Source: a virus (taxonomy: Duplodnaviria; Caudoviricetes). Taken from it: a stretch of 64,000 bases of DNA. Both the position numbers and the translations under genes were made by a program. Shown piece after piece: positions 19,237 to 28,809 of the stretch (position 1 is its first letter; every line of letters starts with the position of its first letter). The stretch spans positions 1 to 64,000 of IMG/VR virus record IMGVR_UViG_3300037067_021941, one strand, 5' to 3'. Under the pieces are notes generated by a model. That model saw nothing but the letters and a program-made list of their open reading frames with translations, was not told the origin of the DNA and did no database searches.

Positions 19237-19481
19237 AGCTATTATTGTTAAGCGAGGGTGATCTAATAAAAGCCCTAGCACGTGCTTCTGGTGCTCAATA
19301 TGGGCGTAAGCCACTGCTTCAAATGACTACTGTTGATACCAAACCAGAAAATGGCGGAGATTCCGGTTCTAGAGCATCTGGTTTTACATCACAAGCAAGT
19401 GGTGTTCCGATGAAGCCAAGACATCGTAGATTTTTAGGCGTATCTACCAGACAATTTAGTTTGTCACCGCCAGGATTATAA
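19233..19481 (+). CDS. Hypothetical protein
   Basis: 82 aa, ATGA overlap. Confidence 0.55.
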   Translation: MKLLLLSEGDLIKALARASGAQYGRKPLLQMTTVDTKPENGGDSGSRASGFTSQASGVPMKPRHRRFLGVSTRQFSLSPPGL

Positions 19482-19483
19482 TC

Positions 19484-19762
19484 TCACCATCTAGCAAAAG
19501 TTATATTGCCTATCTTAAATAAATATTTAGGCGGATTGTTTGCTGCATATTGAAAATGTACATCGTTGGTTATATTCCACCCAAATAGCGTATAATGATA
19601 TCTCGTTTTCGATACTAATCCGATTAATGTCATTAAAAAACCAATAAAAGAAATGAGAACTACCCAACACGGCACGTTAGATGATTCAAAATAAATATAA
19701 ACAACCAACAATGATATCAGTAATGTAGCAATACAACTAAAAACACGCCATTTATATGTCAT
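19484..19762 (-). CDS. Small membrane protein (2 TM)
   Basis: Two hydrophobic segments; coupled to the upstream ORF. Confidence 0.55.
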   Translation of the reverse strand: MTYKWRVFSCIATLLISLLVVYIYFESSNVPCWVVLISFIGFLMTLIGLVSKTRYHYTLFGWNITNDVHFQYAANNPPKYLFKIGNITFARW

Positions 19763-20568
19763 TATAGCATGCCTGATCCATTACATTTCGGGCATATCAT
19801 GGTTTCCGTCTGACTCTTTTGAATTTGTCCATTGCCTTTACACATAGGACAGCGTTGAATGTCATAGCCATCTTTAAAATAATGTGAAGCCGCGCCAGAT
19901 TCATCATTGACAGAAGTATTAGCTTGCTGTCTGAATCTGCGTTGCAATTCAGTATCGGTCATAGTTTTAGCGATTCTGACTCTCGTTGTACCAAGACCAT
20001 CTTGCCTGAGTGCCGGAATTGCTAATGGCGTACCATGCCTACCTTCAGCCAGTTCCATTCTTACCAATCCATCTCTTGCACCATCCGGCAATTTACTTTC
20101 TAATTCATTGGGATTGTAAGCGTTATGTCTTTCAATACCAGTCCCATCAACAGACCCAGACACACCAGCAACACGCCCTTGCATGACGCTATCAACTTCA
20201 GAAGTTGGTAGTATACCATCCTGTCTGCTGCCGCGTAATTCAGATGAAATTTGCTGATCAACTGGGCTCGTTTGATTTGGTGTCGTACGGCTTGTATTAT
20301 CTTTAGTAGCAACTACTAGGCCGCTACCTTGTGGTACCACAGTCATTCCAAGTTTAGCAGCTTGTGCTAAAAATTCTTGCATCTGAGTATCTCGCTCAGA
20401 TTTCCATTTTAAATATGCCGCCTTTGCTGCTTTTGGAGTTATGTCGTCAGCGTGCTCTGTGCAAACCTTAACGGTAATCTTCTGGCCATCAACGGTTATA
20501 ACTAATTCTGTGTCAAGGCCGCTGTCTGTTCCACATATTATACAACTACGATTTTCTATGGTTGTCAT
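19762..20568 (-). CDS. Protein with N-terminal zinc finger and C-terminal DnaJ-type CxxCxGxG repeats
   Basis: CIICG...CTEH; CPMCKGNG...CPKCNGSG. Confidence 0.65.
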   Translation of the reverse strand: MTTIENRSCIICGTDSGLDTELVITVDGQKITVKVCTEHADDITPKAAKAAYLKWKSERDTQMQEFLAQAAKLGMTVVPQGSGLVVATKDNTSRTTPNQTSPVDQQISSELRGSRQDGILPTSEVDSVMQGRVAGVSGSVDGTGIERHNAYNPNELESKLPDGARDGLVRMELAEGRHGTPLAIPALRQDGLGTTRVRIAKTMTDTELQRRFRQQANTSVNDESGAASHYFKDGYDIQRCPMCKGNGQIQKSQTETMICPKCNGSGML

Positions 20569-20608
20569 TGGCTAAGTCATCTTTCTACGAGTCTGTACAT
20601 TTTATGCT

Positions 20609-20638
20609 CGTATTTAAATCCTGGTAATTTTAAATACG
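20609..20638. promoter_or_regulatory. Inverted TTTAAATACG pair; candidate back-to-back promoters
   Basis: cgtatttaaa-N10-tttaaatacg between divergent genes. Confidence 0.45.
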
Positions 20639-20657
20639 CAACAAAAGGATAATTAAT

Positions 20658-21074
20658 ATGGCAAAAATTAACGTTATATCGGTTGATCTTGGTGATCCTA
20701 TCGAGAAAATTATCTCTGAGGACGTTCGACAACTCAGTGAAGAAACTCTTGCCAATATTAAAATGGCAGCAAACGAGAAATCTAAGGGTCCTATTAGAAC
20801 CGATCCGGAAACTCTCGCCACTCAAGCTGCATATGATTTGTTATTTGCGGCAGTCTCAACAGGAGACACAATTGAAATCAGCAAATTAGTTGAAGCATCT
20901 AGTCCAGCTGTTACCAATCCATCATCGCTTATGATGCGAATGAAGGGGCTACTGCGACAAAAAGGTAACGAATACATACTACGAAAAAGTACTAGTGCGG
21001 GTAAACCAGTATATCGCTTAGTGCCATATAATCTCGAAGAGCCAGAAAATCCAGATTCTATTCAACCACAGTAA
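20658..21074 (+). CDS. Hypothetical protein (possible winged helix)
   Basis: 138 aa, AAGGA RBS; helix-helix-beta-hairpin (GKPVYRL). Confidence 0.6.
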   Translation: MAKINVISVDLGDPIEKIISEDVRQLSEETLANIKMAANEKSKGPIRTDPETLATQAAYDLLFAAVSTGDTIEISKLVEASSPAVTNPSSLMMRMKGLLRQKGNEYILRKSTSAGKPVYRLVPYNLEEPENPDSIQPQ

Positions 21075-21768
21075 GACGTTTCACTATTTTGCATAATATC
21101 TTAATTTGTCGCTCGAATGCTATTTTCCTACTAGATACAGCTAAGTTCAGTGGTGATGGATGATAAACAGCAAAAACTTTCACTCCATACAAATTACTAG
21201 TAGTGATATTCCCCAAAGCCTGATTATAATCACACCCAGGACACAAGCATCCAAATGATACAGCACCAAGAGTAACAATTAACTGTGGGTTCATTAAACC
21301 CATTTCCATCATCAGAAATGGTCTACACTTATCAATACACAATTGTGGCGGCTTTGTATTGTCAATTGTGTAACATCGCACTGCATTGGTTATATAAAAT
21401 TGCGATCGATCGATACCATGCTTAGCTAATTCTTTATCGAAATTCTTTCCAGATTGGCCAACAAAGGGGGTTCCTTGCTTTAACTCTTCGTTTCCAGGGT
21501 TTTGTCCGACTACAAAAAACTGGCTCGGAGTCATGCTGGATAATACATGTGGATCGCGACAGAAACCATCCTTTTCAGCATCCTTTCGACCAAGCTCACA
21601 CATTGTGCATGCACTACAACACAAACTTAATTGTCTGAGCATCCTTAATTTTCGTTCGGTCTGATCCTCTTGCAAACCCATAGCATCTACATCCCAAGAA
21701 GAAATGATTTCTCGCGGTTTATAAGAATAACAAGGCCCGGCTTGCCAATCAAATGTTTTTAAATCCAT
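21058..21768 (-). CDS. Uracil-DNA glycosylase family 4
   Basis: CSACTMC, VVGQNPG..E, PFVGQSG, YITNAVRC, HPS. Confidence 0.9.
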   Translation of the reverse strand: MDLKTFDWQAGPCYSYKPREIISSWDVDAMGLQEDQTERKLRMLRQLSLCCSACTMCELGRKDAEKDGFCRDPHVLSSMTPSQFFVVGQNPGNEELKQGTPFVGQSGKNFDKELAKHGIDRSQFYITNAVRCYTIDNTKPPQLCIDKCRPFLMMEMGLMNPQLIVTLGAVSFGCLCPGCDYNQALGNITTSNLYGVKVFAVYHPSPLNLAVSSRKIAFERQIKILCKIVKRLTVVE

Positions 21769-21797
21769 ATGTAAATAATACAGAATAGGATTACAAT

Positions 21798-22277
21798 ATG
21801 CTAACTAAAAATAGACGCGGCGTTATATGCGACCGTTGTGGTTTGCAATCTGATGAAAAATTCACTTATTATTCGTTTGACGCTAAAGAAGTTATAGTCG
21901 CTAATAATTCTATGTCTTTCACCAGAACTCCCATTCATTCTTTTGATATTTGCTCACGCTGTATCGAAGAATTGAAAACCATAATTATAAAATGCTATAA
22001 ACCAAGTAGGATAATCAATAATACAAGATGCCCCCAAGGTATAACATGCGACCTAAGCGGCGTCCGAATGAACAATAATTTTGTTTGTTACCAGATAATT
22101 GTGGCTATAGTCAACGTCAATGTAAACAGTAATCCATCTAGTAATGTCGTAGATGCTGAGTATTTAGAATTATGGGTTAGTGTCGACATTTTTGCACAAT
22201 TAAAAAATCGAGCGACGGAAATCAAGAATAACAAGGAAAACCAACAATGGTCATCACAGGCGATACAAACAAAATAG
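21798..22277 (+). CDS. Cys-rich hypothetical protein with internal duplication
   Basis: GVICDRCG...DICSRC and GITCDLSG... Confidence 0.6.
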   Translation: MLTKNRRGVICDRCGLQSDEKFTYYSFDAKEVIVANNSMSFTRTPIHSFDICSRCIEELKTIIIKCYKPSRIINNTRCPQGITCDLSGVRMNNNFVCYQIIVAIVNVNVNSNPSSNVVDAEYLELWVSVDIFAQLKNRATEIKNNKENQQWSSQAIQTK

Positions 22278-22687
22278 TGTTACAGCCAAACGAACAGCCA
22301 AATCAATACCAATTGGTTGATTTCGTAGTAGCCATGCCGTCAGAAAAACCCGATCTAGTAGCTTCAACATCTGGTAGACCTTTCGAGTTTGCGCTTGACT
22401 TACCATCCAAATTCATCGCTATGTGTCCATTCTGCTGTGCTGGGTTTTATATTGAAGCATGTAACATAACTGAAAAGTATGGGTATAAATTTGTCATATG
22501 TCCGGAATGTGGTGCTGGTAAACCAAAAAGCCCAGCAATATTACCAGTATTTGTTGATCCATTTATAAACCCATTTAGCAGTAAACAACTAGCCCGTTGT
22601 GAATTAGATGAAACCGTAACACCAATAAGCAGCTTACCGAGTAACGATTCACTTACTGTTGCTCAAAAGATGTCGAGATCAATATGA
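22247..22687 (+). CDS. Zinc-ribbon hypothetical protein
   Basis: CPFCC...CPECG. Confidence 0.6.
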   Translation: MVITGDTNKIVLQPNEQPNQYQLVDFVVAMPSEKPDLVASTSGRPFEFALDLPSKFIAMCPFCCAGFYIEACNITEKYGYKFVICPECGAGKPKSPAILPVFVDPFINPFSSKQLARCELDETVTPISSLPSNDSLTVAQKMSRSI

Positions 22688-23604
22688 CACGAGGAGTAAT
22701 ACTTGGCAGTGGTATTGTTGGGCTACTTGCTAAAGAGATTTTGGGTGACCAGTGGTCGATAGTACCATTCTCTCGCTCTAGATTTTATAGTTTTCGACCA
22801 GCATTAGCAGATAATTTCATCATCAGAGACGAAAGAATAGATGATCTCATTGCACACTTTGGGGGCAAGATATCTTTTATATATAAAACATTTTATTCAC
22901 TTGGAGGTAGCTTATTGCCACCAAATGATATGATAATTAATGCTTGGTTAAATAAAGTGTTCGGTACTGATGTGCCATCACAAGCATTGCCATGCATCAA
23001 GTCTAGAGGCGACCATTTCATTTATAATATTAGAGTCAATCAGCTATACAATCAATTACAACATAAACATAGCCAAAACTTAATCACAGACAGCAAAAAA
23101 GGCAACATATCGGAAATCGGTGAGCATTATCTTATATGGGGTGGTCAAAAAATTGAATTTGATCATATGATTAGTACAATTCAATTATCAAAGTTGTTCG
23201 AATTGACTAAACTACCACACTATAAGCTACCGACAGCCCAGGTGTGGTATTATCATGTTGAAACAAATAATTTAAATTTCGAAGGAGCTAACCAGACTTT
23301 AGTAGTAGATGATAATATTGATTTCTTCAAAGTGAGCAACATAGCTGAAAATCGTTATTTATTTTATTTTTCTCGTGACATACCAATACCCGGTCCATAT
23401 TTTATGCAGTTCATACAACAATTTGATTTGATCGACGGGACAACAATCTCAGAAGCTATACCAAAAGGACAAAAACCAGATTTAACTCTTTTAAATAAAC
23501 TCGGTATTGAATGTATTGGTGCGATGGCAGAGCATGACTACTTTATGGACTTAGGTAGTTGTCTCGTAAAGCTATTACGCCTAAAACACACATTAACGGC
23601 CTAA
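22684..23604 (+). CDS. FAD-dependent oxidoreductase-like protein
   Basis: N-terminal VILGSGIVGL, FDHMISTI, C-terminal IGAMAEH.Y.MD. Confidence 0.65.
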   Translation: MTRGVILGSGIVGLLAKEILGDQWSIVPFSRSRFYSFRPALADNFIIRDERIDDLIAHFGGKISFIYKTFYSLGGSLLPPNDMIINAWLNKVFGTDVPSQALPCIKSRGDHFIYNIRVNQLYNQLQHKHSQNLITDSKKGNISEIGEHYLIWGGQKIEFDHMISTIQLSKLFELTKLPHYKLPTAQVWYYHVETNNLNFEGANQTLVVDDNIDFFKVSNIAENRYLFYFSRDIPIPGPYFMQFIQQFDLIDGTTISEAIPKGQKPDLTLLNKLGIECIGAMAEHDYFMDLGSCLVKLLRLKHTLTA

Positions 23605-24063
23605 TACTACAGCGTGTTGCTGGCATGGTCCCAACACAGTGCGTGTTGGTTTTATAACAGCATGTTCCAATGCACGCCGCAATTCGCATGGGTCTATTGT
23701 TATTTCAAGCTTAGCTATAGCATCTGTTACAGCTTTTATAAGCGTTGACTGACAAGAAGGCGGAACATACCCGTAAAGTGGATCATCAGTAGACGGTGTG
23801 GAGCTAGAATCGTATATAGAAATCCATAACCCATCATTATCATTTATGCTTTCTAAAGCGGTAGGGATACTTGCTTTGTAGTTGCCGCTACCGACACCAT
23901 TGACCATAACTTCTGCCATATCAATGAATGCCGGAATAGCAGAATCCACAGAAACAAGACCGACACCATTCCAAACCTCAGTCAAATCAACACTATATGG
24001 TAAGGCTTTAATATTAGTCAAGCCTGTAATTCCAATATCTATTATGATCAAAGACATCACCAC
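23593..24063 (-). CDS. Hypothetical protein
   Basis: 156 aa, last gene of the fibre cluster. Confidence 0.6.
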   Translation of the reverse strand: MVMSLIIIDIGITGLTNIKALPYSVDLTEVWNGVGLVSVDSAIPAFIDMAEVMVNGVGSGNYKASIPTALESINDNDGLWISIYDSSSTPSTDDPLYGYVPPSCQSTLIKAVTDAIAKLEITIDPCELRRALEHAVIKPTRTVLGPCQQHAVVLGR

Positions 24064-24067
24064 CTCA

Positions 24068-25666
24068 CTACAATTCAGATTCAGCTATAAAATGGTACGC
24101 ACACCACAAATCGGCAGTCGCTGCAGTTGAGCTAGTGTTATCACATCCTAAATAACCAATGCCCGATTCATTCACATAACTAGCAGTAACACCAGATCGA
24201 ACTGCTGCACCACTATTAACTGTTATTTGGTTAGTCCCAGCAGACGTTGGAGAATACAATGTTATAATGGGTGTTGTTCTTTTAGTTGTTGCAAATCTTG
24301 TAGAAGCGTTAAATAGTGAACCAGATGTTGATGCAGCAATCGTAGCCCAAGCAACAAAGAATGTTGCACCATTATAACTAATCGTATCTGGCGCAACATT
24401 TGTTCCATAACTCTTTTCATAATATCGTTGGCACAACTCTAATTCATCTGCTATTGGTCTTGGGCTTCTAACACGCGATCCACCAACATGGCAATCTACA
24501 TCAAATAAACCTATCGATTGGTTTTGAGTCAATGGCGATGCAGTCCAAAAGAAAACAATTAAATTGTTACATGTGCTACTTATGGTAGCTGATAAAGCTA
24601 TAGTATTTGCGGTCGAAGATCCTACAGCTGCAACTGTTATGCCGCTACTCAAAAAGAAATTATTTGCTGTGTATGATGCGTTAGTCCAATCTCTTACTAC
24701 ATCGCTTGTTACAGTATCCGCTACACCGGTCCATTCTAATATAGCACATCGCAAAACAGAGATGCTATCGTTATATGTTGATGCTTGTAGCGTTATAGTT
24801 TGTCCACGCAATGGGAAAGAATTACATCCCTCTACAATTTGCAATAATCCTATTCTTTGCGCTGTGGCGTTGATTTGTGTGACAGATCCACCAAAAGGAC
24901 CAGGTGAAGCTGATGTACCTGTGGTATAATTCCATCGCATAGTCTGTGATGGATTAGATTGGCTTAGTCCTATCCAGCGATCAAAACAATATGTATCATC
25001 GGTAGTGATATACCCTGTTGGGGTGTTATTATTGTTGCGTTGGAAGAAATCAAACCCACCATTAATTATAACATTTTCGCCCATCGTATCGCCACTCGGG
25101 CCTGTAGCTCCGGTAGCTCCCGATAAACCGGTACCAGTTGCACCGGTTGCTCCCAATCCAACAGGACCAGAAGCACCTATCCCAGAAGCACCGATAGGCC
25201 CTGTGGCTCCTGTGGCTCCTGTGGCTCCCGTAGGCCCTCCTGACGGTCCCGTAGCACCAGAAGCACCGATAGGCCCTGTGGCTCCTGTGGCTCCCGTAGG
25301 CCCTCCAGACGGTCCCGTAGCACCAGAAGCACCATTGATTCCCGAAACACCGGTGGAGCCAGTAGAGCCGTCAATTCCTGCGATGCCAGTAGCCCCAGAT
25401 GAACCAATGGGGCCAGTAGAGCCGGTGGCACCAGTGGGACCACCCAACGGACCAGTAGCCCCAGTTAAACCAGTAGCACCACTCGCTCCTGTTGAATCAG
25501 ACCCACTAGAAACTACCTGATCTACACCATCAGACGAACGACAATTTATAATTATAGAATTATTGACACCTTCCGTGAACCATTGATAAACAGTGTTTTC
25601 AGGTGGATTATCACCAAATGCCGGTGGAACTGTAAGCTGAATAGTTCTAAATTCTTTGAATTTCAT
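24068..25666 (-). CDS. Collagen-like tail fibre with C-terminal beta-sandwich (receptor-binding) domain
   Basis: GxT/GxS repeats, then [13 protein letters not shown]...DRW...[18 protein letters not shown] typical of phage fibre modules. Confidence 0.75.
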   Translation of the reverse strand: MKFKEFRTIQLTVPPAFGDNPPENTVYQWFTEGVNNSIIINCRSSDGVDQVVSSGSDSTGASGATGLTGATGPLGGPTGATGSTGPIGSSGATGIAGIDGSTGSTGVSGINGASGATGPSGGPTGATGATGPIGASGATGPSGGPTGATGATGATGPIGASGIGASGPVGLGATGATGTGLSGATGATGPSGDTMGENVIINGGFDFFQRNNNNTPTGYITTDDTYCFDRWIGLSQSNPSQTMRWNYTTGTSASPGPFGGSVTQINATAQRIGLLQIVEGCNSFPLRGQTITLQASTYNDSISVLRCAILEWTGVADTVTSDVVRDWTNASYTANNFFLSSGITVAAVGSSTANTIALSATISSTCNNLIVFFWTASPLTQNQSIGLFDVDCHVGGSRVRSPRPIADELELCQRYYEKSYGTNVAPDTISYNGATFFVAWATIAASTSGSLFNASTRFATTKRTTPIITLYSPTSAGTNQITVNSGAAVRSGVTASYVNESGIGYLGCDNTSSTAATADLWCAYHFIAESEL

Positions 25667-26487
25667 TATTCTTTATTTTCTAGTAACAACAGTCGTTCAG
25701 ACAGTTCTTGAATTGCCTTTATCATTGGCGCGATAAGTTCATCGTAACTGATTGTCAAAACATCACGCTCACCTATTATGTTGTGGTCCTGATAACCACC
25801 AAAATCAACACCAAGGTCGTCAATTGTTTGTTTCAATTCCTGTGCAATAAGTCCATGGTGAAAACGTGTTCGCTTTTTGCTACCATCTTTAGGCACTACA
25901 ACCTTTGTGCCGTCGCTAACAATAAAATAATCATCACGACAATCCCATTTGAAATCGACAGGATGCAAGGCAATAACAAAATCTAATCCTAATATAGTAT
26001 CTCTAATATCTGCTTTATCACGCATATCGGAAAGTGTCGCACCTGTTGCACCCGTTGCCCCTGTCGGTCCCGTCGCACCAGTCAACCCAACACCTGTCGC
26101 CCCTGTCGGTCCCGTCGCACCAGTAGCACCACCTGAACCGTTAGGACCAGTAGGACCAGTAGCACCAGTGGGTCCACCGCTAGGGCCAGTAGAACCAGCT
26201 GCACCGGTGGCACCAATTACACTAAGACCAATAGGACCAGTAGAACCAGTTGCGCCTATCGTGCCGCTACTAACACCAGAAGCACCGGTGATACCAGTAG
26301 CACCAGTGGCACCGTTTGAGACACCACCAGCGACAACCCTTTCGACACCATCAGAGTATCTATAATTAAGTGTTTGTGCACTTGTGCCGACATTAGTAAA
26401 CCATTCATAAACCGTATTTTCTGGCGGATTATCGCCAAATATCGGTGGAACTGTAAGCTGAATAGTTCTAAATTCTTTGAATTTCAT
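25666..26487 (-). CDS. Collagen-like fibre with Peptidase S74 intramolecular chaperone
   Basis: Collagen repeats followed by SDMRDK...GLDFV...HGLIAQE...IKAIQEL coiled coil. Confidence 0.85.
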   Translation of the reverse strand: MKFKEFRTIQLTVPPIFGDNPPENTVYEWFTNVGTSAQTLNYRYSDGVERVVAGGVSNGATGATGITGASGVSSGTIGATGSTGPIGLSVIGATGAAGSTGPSGGPTGATGPTGPNGSGGATGATGPTGATGVGLTGATGPTGATGATGATLSDMRDKADIRDTILGLDFVIALHPVDFKWDCRDDYFIVSDGTKVVVPKDGSKKRTRFHHGLIAQELKQTIDDLGVDFGGYQDHNIIGERDVLTISYDELIAPMIKAIQELSERLLLLENKE

Positions 26488-26532
26488 AATAAATCAATCA
26501 TCCTAACGGTGCCTTGTATATATTATGTTTGG

Positions 26533-28800
26533 TTAACGAGAGGATACCATCCAATAAACATCACTTATAGTAACTATATCACCAGCGTTGTTGCTAGAAA
26601 TAAATAGTTCACAATAATCATCTTTCATTATAGTTTCTGAATATAACGTCAGCGAAAATGGATATGGCTGGTTAGATGTAGTGGTCCTTACAGTGAATGG
26701 GGCCAAGGCACTGCCAGTGCCGTTCTTCTTAACAGCGACATTAATATTCCTATTGCTCTGATTGACTGAAAGATTTCCAGTAATCCAGAATAGACCATCT
26801 TTGGCATGGTCGCTTAAATAAGTAATCTTGTTGTTGAGAACAGCTATTCTACATTCGAGATGATTTGGTATTACCATCACAGATGTAACAGTGCCCAGGC
26901 TAGAAACGTCAACAGATATAATCCCCCATCCTTCTCCACTAGTTGCGAATTCTATAGTAAAATCTTGAGAAGCAGTTATCACTACAACACTCACAGTGGT
27001 AACATTGCTTAATGCTTCTACAGCAGCTTTGATAGTCGCATCTGATGCATCATACGCTATACCAGTTGTGGTCTGCCCTGCTACTGTTATTGTGAAAGTA
27101 CCACTCGTCGCTACATCATTGAATGTAATATGCACTTTACTATTCAAACCATTAACTTTATAATAAGTACGTGCGGCTGTGCAAGTAGTGGTTGTAACGT
27201 TATCACTAATATTGATTTTAGAATGTGGTACATTATCTGGACAACCAGCATTTCCAATTATTTCTACATTTGCATCTCTACCAGAAGTCAATGAAAAATC
27301 AAATCCGCTAATAAAAGTTCCGATGTTATTGTAAGTACAGTTAAATATATCGTTGTAAGTACCAATGGCGTAACTTGATCCATCATATAATATAGCTGTA
27401 TCGCCAGAATCCTGTTCGAAAACAATATGTGCCAAATAAAAATTGCTAGTAGCACCAGAACCATTTTGAGCTAGACTAATACCAACAGAACAATTCTCAA
27501 AGTTTCCAACTTCGATATCTTGAACACTGACGATGCTGGCAGTTGTGTTATCAATCAATACACCAGTTCCACAATCTATTATACTGAAATTAAATAGATA
27601 AAGGTCAATACCTTTCAAGTCAGCTATTGCTATTTTAAAAGTATCAATAAATAAGTCAGTTATTTCTGAATAGATACTAGCGGTAGTATCAAATGTGACA
27701 AAATTCTCGTTAGCTGCGGTTCCGTAACTCGCTAGTGTCGATCCAGTAGCAGTGATTCTGTGTATATCGCAGTTGCTTTTAAGATTGAACATCGGCTTAC
27801 CGGTCAATCCAGTAGCCGCTTCAATAAAGCTCACTTCGGAGCCCAAACCAGCGATTTGTAATGAATATGTTGCATTGTTGACTATAACGGTATCAGCAAT
27901 TGGAAAGTGACCGCCATCAATAAGTATCTCTGTATCGCTCGACGCACTAGCGTTAAACCAATCGACAGCAGCCTTTACTGTTGTATAATTTCCGGTCGCA
28001 CCAACATAAATTCTATTAACTAGTCTCGATGGTCCTTCTGCACCAGTAGCACCACTAGCACCATCAATACCAGTTGCACCAGAAGCACCGGAAGCACCAT
28101 CAATTCCGGTAGCACCGATTGAACCGGACGCTCCTTGAACACCTGTTGCACCAGATGCACCAGACGCTCCATCAACACCTGTGGCACCCGTACCAGATGC
28201 TCCCTGAACGCCTGTAGCACCAGAAGCTCCACTAGCACCATCAATTCCGGTTGCACCAATGCCACTAGTACCCTGAACACCTGTTGCACCAGAAGCACCA
28301 GACGCTCCATCGATACCAGTAGCACCGATTGAACCAGACGCACCTTGAACTCCTGTCGCACCAGATGCACCAGATGCTCCGTCAATTCCGGTTGCACCAA
28401 TGCCACTAGCACCCTGAACACCTGTTGCACCAGAAGCACCAGACGCTCCATCGATACCAGTAGCACCGACCAATCCGTCAACGCCACTAGATCCAGCTAC
28501 ACCAGTAGCACCAATTAGGCCGGTAGCTCCATCAACACCACTAGCACCTGTTAATCCGATTTCGCCTGTGGCACCAGCAACACCCGTGGCACCTGTCGAG
28601 CCGATTGAGCCTGTGGCACCAGTAACACCAGTAGCACCAGTAGCACCGCTTATTATTGATTTTTCAGAGCCATCAGACAGACGAAAATGCACTAAAATGT
28701 TAGATCCATCAAAAGTATACCATTCATAGATATATCCTGTAGGCGGATTATCCCCAGGTGCGGTTGTAAGTTTAATTATGATTGCTTTTGTTACGTTCAT
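26533..28800 (-). CDS. Collagen-like fibre with beta-helix-like C-terminal domain
   Basis: About 200 aa Gly-X-Y, then [17 protein letters not shown] (pectin-lyase-like entry motif). Confidence 0.75.
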   Translation of the reverse strand: MNVTKAIIIKLTTAPGDNPPTGYIYEWYTFDGSNILVHFRLSDGSEKSIISGATGATGVTGATGSIGSTGATGVAGATGEIGLTGASGVDGATGLIGATGVAGSSGVDGLVGATGIDGASGASGATGVQGASGIGATGIDGASGASGATGVQGASGSIGATGIDGASGASGATGVQGTSGIGATGIDGASGASGATGVQGASGTGATGVDGASGASGATGVQGASGSIGATGIDGASGASGATGIDGASGATGAEGPSRLVNRIYVGATGNYTTVKAAVDWFNASASSDTEILIDGGHFPIADTVIVNNATYSLQIAGLGSEVSFIEAATGLTGKPMFNLKSNCDIHRITATGSTLASYGTAANENFVTFDTTASIYSEITDLFIDTFKIAIADLKGIDLYLFNFSIIDCGTGVLIDNTTASIVSVQDIEVGNFENCSVGISLAQNGSGATSNFYLAHIVFEQDSGDTAILYDGSSYAIGTYNDIFNCTYNNIGTFISGFDFSLTSGRDANVEIIGNAGCPDNVPHSKINISDNVTTTTCTAARTYYKVNGLNSKVHITFNDVATSGTFTITVAGQTTTGIAYDASDATIKAAVEALSNVTTVSVVVITASQDFTIEFATSGEGWGIISVDVSSLGTVTSVMVIPNHLECRIAVLNNKITYLSDHAKDGLFWITGNLSVNQSNRNINVAVKKNGTGSALAPFTVRTTTSNQPYPFSLTLYSETIMKDDYCELFISSNNAGDIVTISDVYWMVSSR

Positions 28801-28809
28801 TTTTGATAC

